Virus record (IMG/VR): IMGVR_UViG_2528311002_000006
Location: 1-64,000 of that record
Reading direction: 5' to 3' (one strand)
DNA from: a virus
Taxonomy: Duplodnaviria > Caudoviricetes
DNA length: 64,000 nucleotides
Of this stretch, positions 18,597-29,600 are shown in pieces. The stretch's first letter is position 1, and every line of letters begins with the position of its first letter. A program made the position numbers and the translations under genes. The notes under the pieces are model-generated. The model was not told the origin of the DNA. It did not search any database and was given only the letters and a program-made list of their open reading frames with translations.

Positions 18597-19781
18597 CTAT
18601 TCCTCGGAATAGAAAATGCCGCGCCAGTAAAAGCGCCCTTTGACGCTCGCGCCAAGGCCGGCCTGGTTCACGGTGAAGAGCATTTCGCTGAGCAACTGGC
18701 CTCCGCCCGGGAGCAGGATGCGGTGGGCGCTCAGCTCACCTTCCTGCGCCAGTTGATCCAGCGCCACGGCATTGGCCAGCAGCGTGGGGTTGGACTCGGT
18801 ACCGATGGACACGGTGGGAGTCTGGGTCAATGCGCCATTCACGCGGCCGATAAAGCCTACCTCCGTCACCAGCAAGGGGAAGCGGAAATAGCTCAGAGCA
18901 CGCACCGGCATCGGGGTCGGCACCCAGTTGCCCACAAAGCTTTCCCAGGACGGCTCTCCGTCATACAAGGCAGTGGCATAGCCATCGGCGGTAAATGCCG
19001 GTTCAGACTCTGTGTTGAAGCTGCTGACCCCATTGTCCAGGCTCAGATCCAGCCAGTATTGGTAGCCATTGGGCGTGGTCGGAACCACCACACGCCCTTG
19101 TCCATAAGAGGTTGCTGACGACCATTGCGGTGGCACGCCGATATCGACATGTACCGAAGCACCAGTAGCCTCGTGGCCAAGACCCAGATCCTGATCGTTG
19201 GAATACCGGCCACGATCCTCCACTCTGGCGGCCATATGGGCATGCAAAGCCGGATAGGCCGCAAATTGCACCAGGCGCTCGGCACGCGCACGGGAGCCAA
19301 ACAAGAAGCTCTCGCGTCCAATCGGTGCACTCTGCTCATTGGCAGACACACCTGCGCCGATCAGCACCGCACCGTCGTAGTTGACTGTCGCCACGCGGCC
19401 GTCATCCTGTAACAAGCCTCGCAGCATCCCGGCCGTGACATTCGCGCTCACCTTGGTACCGATGGGCCATTGCAGCTCCTGTGTGCCCTCCTTGCCGCGC
19501 TGCACAGTAAAGCTGCGTCCTGCCCGGTTCGACAGATACACAATCTCGTACACCCCAGGCATGGAGTCGTGCGTGAGCGTCAGCGGCTGCACCCCACCAT
19601 CCGGCATCTCCGGTGAAAAGTAGTGAAACAGCTCGGGATCGTCCGCGTCACCGATTTCAAAGCCCAGGTAGTACTGGTTGGCCTGCTCTTCATCGAAGGG
19701 GAAGCCCTCCCAGTCCGGGCTGTCGCGCAGCAAGGTCGCCGTGGTGGCTTCCGCGTTATTGGAAAAGCGCATGAGTGCCAT
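18597..19781 (-). CDS. tail-region structural protein
   Basis: FSNNA...EIV...TVQRGKEGT...W..G..V...VTAG N-terminal phage tail motif. Confidence 0.75.
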   Translation of the reverse strand: MALMRFSNNAEATTATLLRDSPDWEGFPFDEEQANQYYLGFEIGDADDPELFHYFSPEMPDGGVQPLTLTHDSMPGVYEIVYLSNRAGRSFTVQRGKEGTQELQWPIGTKVSANVTAGMLRGLLQDDGRVATVNYDGAVLIGAGVSANEQSAPIGRESFLFGSRARAERLVQFAAYPALHAHMAARVEDRGRYSNDQDLGLGHEATGASVHVDIGVPPQWSSATSYGQGRVVVPTTPNGYQYWLDLSLDNGVSSFNTESEPAFTADGYATALYDGEPSWESFVGNWVPTPMPVRALSYFRFPLLVTEVGFIGRVNGALTQTPTVSIGTESNPTLLANAVALDQLAQEGELSAHRILLPGGGQLLSEMLFTVNQAGLGASVKGRFYWRGIFYSEE

Positions 19782-19791
19782 GAGTCACCCC

Positions 19792-20592
19792 TTACGCTGT
19801 GCCCAGCAGGCTGACAATCTTGTGCGCACCGTCCGACCAGCGCAGCTGCAGGCCGCCGCCGCTGGCCGGCAGAGGAAAGCCCGAGACATCCTTGATGTGC
19901 ATCACCAGAGGCGAGGCCGAGGCCAGGCCCGTGTCCTTGTAGATCACGGCCGAGCCAATGGTGCCGGCCGCCACCGAGTTCCCGAAATCCAGGTCATCGG
20001 CATCGAAGACGCCCCCAGCCACCGTTCGCCCGTTCAGCGCCTGCGCCGTGCCCAGTGTCGCGCCCACGTCGCTCAGATACTCGTGAGCAGCCGCATAGAC
20101 ATAGCTGCTGGGCAGTAGCGCCACCATCAGGTTGTCGGTCGCCAGATTCAAAGACGCGCCGAGTAGGCGCTGCGCCCCCTTGGGATAGAACGGCAGCCCA
20201 ACTGCGGCGATCTTGTTGGGGCCCGTATCCCAGGGCACACGCACCTCGCCGCCATTGGTATCCATGGGCAGGCCTTGCACCGAGTCCATATAGAAGAGCA
20301 GCGGCGAGGTTGCAGGATTGCCACTGTCCGAGTACAGCACCACGGCCTTGACCCTGCTGCCCGGGGCCAGCACGCCGAACTCGACAGCCGCCGCATCGAA
20401 CACGCCACCCGTCACGCTCTTGCCCGTCAGAGCCTGGTCGGTACCCACCCTCGTGACCGAAGACAGGAATTCATGGGCCGCGCTGTAGGTATAGGCGTCG
20501 GATACCAGCGCGGCCTTGATGCTGGCTGTAGCAAAGTTGATGGCACCCGAAAGGATCTTTTCGGCACCCTTGGGATATGCGGTGTTGGACAT
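19792..20592 (-). CDS. structural protein made of two tandem homologous domains
   Basis: YPKGA..AAHE.LS..GGVFDA..SPL..GLP/GFP...W occurs twice. Confidence 0.8.
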   Translation of the reverse strand: MSNTAYPKGAEKILSGAINFATASIKAALVSDAYTYSAAHEFLSSVTRVGTDQALTGKSVTGGVFDAAAVEFGVLAPGSRVKAVVLYSDSGNPATSPLLFYMDSVQGLPMDTNGGEVRVPWDTGPNKIAAVGLPFYPKGAQRLLGASLNLATDNLMVALLPSSYVYAAAHEYLSDVGATLGTAQALNGRTVAGGVFDADDLDFGNSVAAGTIGSAVIYKDTGLASASPLVMHIKDVSGFPLPASGGGLQLRWSDGAHKIVSLLGTA

Positions 20593-20616
20593 GACTGCTC
20601 TCCAGAGATAGCAGTC

Positions 20617-20658
20617 ACTGTCCTTCAGCCATTCAGATTCTCTAAACCCTATGCGGGG
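20617..20658 (-). promoter_or_regulatory. late promoter copy 3
   Basis: minus strand CCCCGCATAGGG-TTTAGA-N18-GACAGT. Confidence 0.75.
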
Positions 20659-20678
20659 GCATGCACCCCTGCAAAAGG

Positions 20679-23600
20679 TCAGAAGGCAAAACCACCTGCA
20701 TCCATGGCATCACGCCTATTGCGTGGCAGGTACACACCGTCTTGCGCTTGATCGATGCGGCGCTGGCGTGCGCGCACGCTCTGCCACATTTGCGGGCTTG
20801 TGATGCGGCGACCAGGGTTCTTCTCGTTGAAGGCCTTGATTTCCTCGCGGGCCTCAGCCTGGGCTTCGCTATCCTTCTTCATGACAGCGTGCGAGAACTG
20901 ACCCAGCAACTCAGCACGGCGCACGTTCAAACGACGATCAGCGTTCATGACAGCGCCGCGCCCCTCAAAGGCGAGTCGAACCTCCGAGGGCGAGAAACCC
21001 ACCAGTTGGCCAGCGATTCCCAAAGCGCTTACATCGTCCTTGATCGTGATCCCGGTCGAGTCCTTGGCACCTTCTTGCAGGAAGCGCGCGGACTTGATGG
21101 CATTGCGGGGCACAACCGGCATCATGCTTTCAAGACCGCGCATGAAATCGCCTTCTGCCAGCAGTTGGGCTCCGCGCGCACCGTTGATACCAATGCCGAC
21201 CACCGGGCCCAGCAATCCTGTGGCCATTTCCTGCGCCCACATCTTGCCCTCCAGCCCTTCACGAATGTCAGGGAAGATCAGGTTATCCAGGCCAACACGC
21301 CCCGAGATGTCCCAAGGCGTAAGGCGCGAGAAGCCCTTGGCAATTACTTCTGAGGCCTGCTGGCCAAAGGCGTCAGCGAGCATGTTACGCAGAGCAATCT
21401 CTGCGTCCCATGGGTCATCGTCATCACCGCCGAGGGCGGATGCCAGCGCCAGCAGTGGCCCGACCAGAGGCAGGCCCAGAACGCCGGCCGCTGCCGCATG
21501 CATGGTAGTCACGCCTGCAAAGGTCTTGAGCGCCTGCTTATCGCCCTTTGCAGCCAGGTAGGCATTGCGGCCCAGCGTGTAGATCATGTTCTGGGCGAAC
21601 TGCTTGAACAGGAGCACCACACGGGCCACGTTGCCTTGCATCAAGCGTGGGCGGTTTGCAGATCCATAGTCAAAGTGACCGTCATAGGTCGCCTTCACGG
21701 CGTCCTCATAGGCCTTGTAATGGTCGCTACCAGCCTCGCGTGCCAAGCGATACGACGCTATGAAGGTCGCTTGGCGGTTAAAACGCTCGGCGTGGTGGAA
21801 CAGGAAAGACGCGGCACGCATGACCGGGCGCAGCTTCCACATCACGCCCGCGTCCTCGCCCTGGGCAATGCCGGCCAGATCATGCGCCATGGTCACATCG
21901 ATCACACCGGAACGTACAGCCTCGTCATACGCGGCCAGCTCGTCCTTGTCCTTGAGCTGGGTGCGAATGTCGTTTTTGCCTTTGACCGACTCATTCGATG
22001 CACGCAGCAGCGCTGCGGCCGACTTCTTGAATCCCCACTTGGCACCCATCACCGGATACGCCACAAGTGCCGTCTGAGACAGGTTGACCATGGCGGCGGC
22101 TGGAGATAGCCCCAGGTGGAAGATAAAGCCAAAGCTGGTCAGCGCCGAAGACAGCGAATTGGTCTTTGGGTTCATCAGCTGGTCATGGCGCTTCTGCATT
22201 TCATCGACCACCCGCTGGGCCTTGGGCTGATCAAAGTCGTCCTTGAACGCCCCCATGGTGTCAACATGCTTTTGCATGTTGTCCAACTCATCAGCCATCA
22301 GATCGCTGTAACGGAGCTTCGCCAGGTAGCGAGCACCGTGGAAGGAGTTTTGCGCAAAAGCGCGGCGGGCATCTTGGCTAAAGCCCGGCGTTCCCTTACG
22401 GTGGATGCCATGCTTGGCCCAGGACAGATCGGGCAGCGACGAGAGATAGAGCTGTCCCAGAGTATCTTCCAGCTCAGCGCGCTTATCGGCGGGAATCTCA
22501 TGCTTATCCAGTGCAGCGAAGACTTCGGACATGAAGCCGCGCCCCACCATGTCATGGTTGGCGACAAAATCCTTGCTCAGCGTCACGCGCCCCACATTGA
22601 AGCCCTTGTCTGAGGGAAAGGCCTTGCGCATTTCATCACGCATACGCTCGGCCTCGGTCATGGTTTCGGCACGAGACACGCTGATCACCTTGCCGTCCTG
22701 ATCCTTGGTGGCCACCACATACTGGCCAAAACGGGCCAACGGGAAATAGACCCCCTTCACATAGCCGAAGAAATCGGCATCCATCTTCTCAAGCAGCTCC
22801 TGGCGCTTCTGGCTGCTGAGCTCGGCGCGCATGATGCGCTCACGGATGGCGTTGCGAACCTGCTTGTGATGTTCGCGGTAGTGGTCGCGCGCCTCACGGT
22901 ACACCGCCTTGGCCTCGGGCGACAGCGCATCGAAACGCCGCTTGAGAGCAGTGCTCTGCGCCTTATTGTCGCCTTCAACATACTCCTTGGCGCTGTCTGC
23001 ATCGATCTCTGCCAGGGTAGCATCGTGCATCAGCTCTGACAGAGGCAATTCATCCTTGAGCTTGGCCCAACGCGTGGCAAGGTTGTCGGCCTCAGCGCCC
23101 ACATCGTTCTTGTCTGCCTCCATCTGCGCCACAAGACGGTCATATTCGGCCATGGGGATGGTGTCGCCATAAATATCCACCAGCTGGCGGCGGCCCAGGA
23201 ACTGCAGTCCCAGCTTGAGCCAGTCGGTCAGCTTGTGGCTGCCGGCCTTCTTCACATCCGTGGCAGTGATTGCCTTGAGGCCCTGACCGATGTTCTTGGC
23301 CGCCTCGGCCGCATCGCTCACGCCGAAGTGGGCTACATCGGATTCGGCGGCAGACTCCTTCAACGCCGACTGCCGCAATGCCTTGTCCTCGCGCATGACC
23401 TGCACACCCAGCTCCAATACCCGAGACAGAGCATCATCAGACTTTGCTGGCAGGCCCAGTGTGGATTTGAGAACCCTCACGAAGGCTGCCCACGCATTTT
23501 TAAGCGTGCTCCCGGCAGGAGCAGCCATTCCACGAAGCACTCGCTGGAATTCTGGGTTAGTGAACGCCTCCGCAACGAACTCGCCCACATTCTTCATGCC

Positions 23601-26600
23601 GTAGGCGCCGGCCGCGCCACCCTGCTTTTTCACATGCTCATAGAGCTTGCGCATCTGCAAAGAGGCCACGCCCTTGCGGTCGAGGCTCTTGAGCGTGGCG
23701 GCATGAGTCATCTCGTGCAGGAAAATCTGCTCGGCCTGGCGGGCTGCGCCTTCGCTCATGCTCAACTCATCGAGCTTGCGGCTGTACTTGGCCAGGAACG
23801 TGAAGCCGCCATCGGCCCCCATCTCGCCACCCATGCTGATGCGCGGCGCGGCGCCCGTCTTCACCAGAATTCTGGCCAGTTTGCGATTGAAGGGATTCTT
23901 GGAGCTGGAAGCGATAAGCCCCAGAATGTCCGCCGCGGACTTGCCATCGCGCACCATGTCCATTACGGCTCGATCGGTACGGGAGCCAACTAGCTGCTGG
24001 GTGCGGTCAGCACCCTTGTAGAAAATACCCTTGGCTTGCTCGCCTACCAGTTGACCCGGCTGTCGTAGAGCTTGTTCCAGTAGTCCGGGTCTTTGGCTGC
24101 TCTCTCCGTGTGCCAGGGTATTGAGGAGAATGCCTCTCTTAATCGAACGGCGCCCAACGCCTGCCGCTCGCATTCTTGGATGCTCAGACCAGAGGCGAAG
24201 CATTCCATCAGGTAGGGGCTTGCCTGCACCTGTGCGGAAGGTACCTGTTGCAAAGTCGTAGCGGGCACGGCGAAATTCTGGAACATGGGCTGCAATAGAA
24301 GCCAGCGACACATCGATCATGCGCTGAATGTTGCCGATGGTATCACCAGGGCGCCACTTCAGCGCGGGAATGCCCAGCTTCTCGTCGCCCTGCACCTGGC
24401 GCGCATGCGGCTCCATATGACCAGTGCTGCCGTGCTTGATAGCGGACGAGATCATGGCCTCCAAGCGGCGGCGCATCGCAATGTCGGACAGCCCAGCGGG
24501 ATCGCCGATAAACACCATGTCGTTGCCGGCCGCGTAATCCATCAGTGCGGCGTAGATGGTGCTGCCACCATCGCCCTCGCCCAGCCGGCTCACATCAAGC
24601 CAGAGCTCGTTGCCCTTCTCGAAAACGTAAAAATCGCGGCCATTGCCAGTACGAAACAACAGTTTGGTATCGGCGCCGCTCTCGCTGCGCTCATCCTCTG
24701 CCGTCACATCGCCTACGAATTGGATAGACGCATCAACCTGACGCAAGGCAGCTGCTGCCGACCCTGCATTGACTCGCGGGTTCACGAACAGGTCATCGAC
24801 AGCAGCCAGTTCAGCCATGAACTCAGCGGGGAAGGTATCCAGCGGGCTTGCTGCCTTGTGGCCGAAATGCGTCTCGGAAGTATCTTGCTCATTTTGCAGA
24901 TCTACCACGGGACGGTTCTTCGTCAGTCGCTCGAGCACTGGCACGCCGGCTGCACCGGTCGGCACAAACAGGCGCTCGGCCCAACTGATACGTTCGCTCA
25001 CCAGGCCAATACCGACGAGATCAGCGCGCACCGCAGGGCTGATGTAGCCGCCGCTGGGGTTCTTCAGCTCAATGCGCAGGTCGTCAGAAACGCGCGCTCG
25101 CTCCAGCGACCAACCGTTCGCCAGCTCAGCCTTGTCCCCCTTGAGGATCTGGGCCATCACCTGGGCCGGGCTCATCTTGGATGCAGCCGAGGACACATTC
25201 AGGCGCTTACGCACATCGGGCAGGCTCTTCTTGTCGATCACGCGGCCCAGCAGGCGGCTGCCGTCCACAGTCATAGTCCGCGCCACCTGAATGGAGCCAT
25301 CCGTCTTCAAGCGATCCCAGATCGGCAGCATGGCGCCAACGATCATGTGCTTGCGCTCGGTGTAGGTCTTGGGGCGGGCCTCGTTTTCTGCAGCCCAGAG
25401 CTTCATGGCCTCGGCCTTGGTCGAACCACGGAATGCCTTGGCAATCTCTGGGGCGGTCTTCGACTGGACACTGCCCGTGCCGTAGAAGCGGAAGCGATCG
25501 ACAACGGCACCTTCCTTGGTGGTTGACTTGCCTACCAGAGTCTTTGCATAGACCTTGCCCGACTTCACGTTCACCACGTACTCAGCCTTTTGCAGAGAAT
25601 CCGGGAATGGGTAGATGGTGGTCGGCTGGGTCAGTTCCAGCTCAACCAGGCGGGTTTCGGCGCCCGAACGCGGGTCGGTGTATGCCAGGTCATCCGCCAC
25701 CACTCGTGACTCCAGCGCGCGAATCGTCTGCAGGCCAGCATCAAACTCGCCACGCTCCACCGCCATCTCCACTTTCTCTTCCATGCGCAGCATGAAGGCA
25801 TCGAACACTTTTTCCTGCATATCCAGCTTGAGGGACAGCATGCGGTTCAGGAAAGTGCGTGTATCGGGCATCCGGTCTTCCGCGATGCGATTGGTTTCCT
25901 CGTCAATGATGCTTTCCAGCCCAGTCTGGCGCAGAAACTCCGCGAAGCTGATGCCGTCCAGCTGCTGGTGCTGACCATCCTTGAAAAATTGCTGCACAGC
26001 CTGAGTCGCATAGATGGACTCCAGATTGTCCTTTTCGCTGAACATGCCCTGATTGGCAGTATCACGCTGGCCCTTGGTCAAAGCGCCAAGCTGATCCAGC
26101 CGGCGAGCGATGGCTGAAAGGAAGCGCTTCTGCGAAGGCACGTTGGTGGATGCCAGAAAGTAGTGAGGCGCGCTGGCCTGGTTGGTACGGTGAGTGCGGC
26201 CGAACCCCTGCACCGCTTTATCCGCACGCCAGCCGGGCTGGATCAGATAGTGGCTGCGCTTGCGCTTGTTCTTCTGCGTGTTGTCCGCGTGGAAGGAATA
26301 GCCGGTACCGCCCGCATCCGAGAACACCAGAATCGGCTTTTGGTCAGCCATGAAAGCATTGGCATCGGCGCGGGCCGATGCGGGGCCGCGAGACTCGAGT
26401 TGGGCTCGGAGCTCGCCATCCTTGTCCAGCTTGCGCACCACGCGCTGTGTGCGGCCGGTGACCTCTGCCACCTTATCCACGCCGAAATGGTTCAGCACAA
26501 TCTCCAGTGGGCCATCGGGGACGCGGATGTCCTTGAGATCCTTCAGGAGAGCTTCGCGCATGGCCACGGCCTCCCGGTTGATGACCGGGTTGCCTTGCGA

Positions 26601-29600
26601 ATCCTTGGCAGGCACGCGGATTTTCTTGCCCGAATCGTCTTCCTGCTCCTCGAACTGGGTAACAGGGAACGACTTTTCAACCATCTGCATCAGCACATCG
26701 CGTGGCGTGAGATCCAGCTCTTCCAAGTCGGCGGACTCGTCTTCCTCCCGACGCTTGGCGATTGAGCGGTTCTGCTGGGCCTCGTTGGTGTTGACCAGCT
26801 GCAGCACCAGGGCCTTGCCATCGGCAACGTCGCGCTCCATCTGCTCGAGCACCGAAGGCATTTGCATGCTGGTGATGACCTGGCTGAAGAAGCGCTGCTG
26901 TGCTCCCCAGTATGCGGACATGGCTGCGCTCTTGGCCGAGGAAGAGCCCTTGCCGTTTTCGCCCACGGCACCCGTGGTCTTCAAAGCAGCGTCAATGTTC
27001 TGCAGCGTGACCTGCCACGCCTCAGCCAAACGGTTGTAAATGTCCTGCTGCAGCGGTGACAGCTGATGCTCAACGCGCGAATACGTCACGCCCTCAAAGG
27101 AGAGGCTACGTGCCATGTACGCCCCCATCTGTTTCAGATCGCGCGCCACCAGCTCCATAGCTGCCAGACCGCCAGCGGTCATTTCAGCAATGAAGTTCTG
27201 CACACTGGCAAAAGGTGTTGCCGGGCCCCACAGGCCCAGACGAGTGGCGAAAGACAGGTTGGAAACCTGGGTCGCACCAGTTGCGGACACGTAGACCACT
27301 CGGGCATTGGGCAGACGCTTTTGCAGCTCGACCACAGCCAAGGCCTGGGCGGAGGGCTGGGACTGGCCTCGCGTGCCCTTCTGGGCTACAGCATTGCCGG
27401 CGTTATGCGCCTCATCGAAAGCAATCACGCCGTCGAAGTCCTTACCCAGCCAATTTACCAGCTGATCCAGGCGGGACTGCCCTTCCTTCTTGCTGCCCTT
27501 GGCCGGCTGCGCGGTGCGGCCCGACAGCCAATCACTCTGGCCACCGATGGACTCCACGCTGGTATAGCGGATGAATTTCAGCTCACCGCCCACCTTCACC
27601 CAGACCTTGCCGCCGTCATCCTTGGGGTCGATGTGATCCAGAGGGAATGTGCCGCGGCCATTCGTAGTGACCACATCCAAGCCCTTGGGGAACTGCTTGG
27701 CGAACTGTGCCTTGGTGATGGGAGCGGCAACATTCTCCTGAGACTTCGCGCCGCTGCGCAAAGTGGCATAGCTCAGGAATGCGATACCCTGATCAGCGTT
27801 GATCTGCTCTTCTGCCTTGGTCTTGCTGACACTGAAGATCTGCTTGGGGTCGCCACCGATGCCCGAGAAATCGCGCTGTGCATCTGGCATCAGTCCGGGC
27901 TTTTCCGAAATCCAGACCGCCTTTTCACGGCCCTGGCGCATATTGTCCAGAATGATGCCCGAGATCTCGCGCCCCTTGCCCACTCCGGTGCCGTCACCGA
28001 TGAAGAAGCCGCGACGATAGGCGACATCCTTCCCGTCAACGGTCACGGGCTCCAGCAGCTCCTGATGAGCCTGGCCGGCATAAACGACTGCCTCAATCTG
28101 GGCAATCGACAGCAGGCCTTTTTCAATGGTTTCCTTGGGCAGGTTCGGCGTGTATGTCGGTACGGGCGGCAACACGGCGGCCATGGCCGAGGATTGCACC
28201 AGCGGGCCGGGGTGCGGCTTGGCACCGGGTACTTGCAGACGCTGGGGCTGGTAGGACTCAAAGATCGAGTCGCTCAGGCCAGCTGCGGGATCGCCGGTCT
28301 GCTCAGTCGCCTGAATGCTTACAGCTGATTGGGCGGCATCAGATCCGCTACCTCCTGCAGCAGCAGCATCGCGGCCTCCTCCAGCGTCGTCGTTTCCAGC
28401 AGTTCGACCTGTGCCAGATTCTGAGCCATTGTCTCTGGTTCCTCCAGATCCGCCAGCGCCGCTGCGCCCTCCACTTCCTGCGCCCAGCCCCTGTCCCCGG
28501 CCAGATTTTGCGCGGCCCACATCAGAACGCTGGTCACGGCCAGATTGTTCGGGCTGTGCGGAACCCCGGCCTGCTTGAGAAGACTCAGCAAGTGCATACT
28601 CTGCGGCGTCGAGTTCAAGTCCGTCACGATCGTTTGACGGGAAAACAGATTCTGGTCGGTCATTGCGGATCTCGGCAAGGCTGCCAATGAGGTCACTGTA
28701 AGTCTTGGCAGGAGTTGTGACAATAGGTCGATGGGACGGCTTCACCTTGTCGATCACCAAAATGGCGTTGTCGAAGGTCGTGCCGTACTTGGCGTAGCCG
28801 GAACCATCCATGGGGATCACGGCGCGCACGTCATACTTGGCGCGAATGCCCTTCCACCAGTCGGCGAAGGCCGGGCGGTCGAGATTCATGCCCTCACCCA
28901 CGATGGCCACCAAACGGCCACCATCTGCCAGGCGCTTCAAGCCCTGCTCAACATGCTGGGCGCCGACATGCGTGTCACGCTTGCCTTGAATGCGACCAGC
29001 GGTCGCGCTGAAGGGTGGGTTCATCACCACCACGGAAGGGATCTCCGTCACGGGCAGGATGTTATCGATCTGCTCAGCGTTCTCCGTGAAAACCTTGGCT
29101 GCCGGGAACACCTCACGCAACACGGCTGCACGGCGGCTGCTGAGCTCATTCAGGATCAGCTTGGCACCCGCATTCTTGGCAAAGGCCGCCAGACCTCCGA
29201 TGCCAGCGCTGGGCTCCAGCATCGTGTCGCTGCTGTCCATGTTTGCCGCCCAGTTGGCTGCATAGGCCAGGGCTGGAACGGTACTGAACTGCTGGAACTC
29301 ATCTTGTTCCGCAGTGCGCTTCGTCTGAGTCGGCAGCATCTGCGTGATGCGGTGCAGACGTTCCACGATGATGTGAGCTGCATCCTGGGTGGCGTTCGGG
29401 TTGAACTCTCCGGGCCGGGACAGAATGAATTGGTTGACCCCCGCCTCCATGGCGTCGTAGGCATCCTTGGGCGTGTACTTGCCCTCAGCCTGCGTGCCTC
29501 CGAAGGCGGAATCAGCTTGTTCAAACAATGCGCGCCAGTCGAAACTGCCGTCAGCCGCGCCGCGCTCCAGCTGGGACTTCACCCAGTCGGCCAGTACGCC

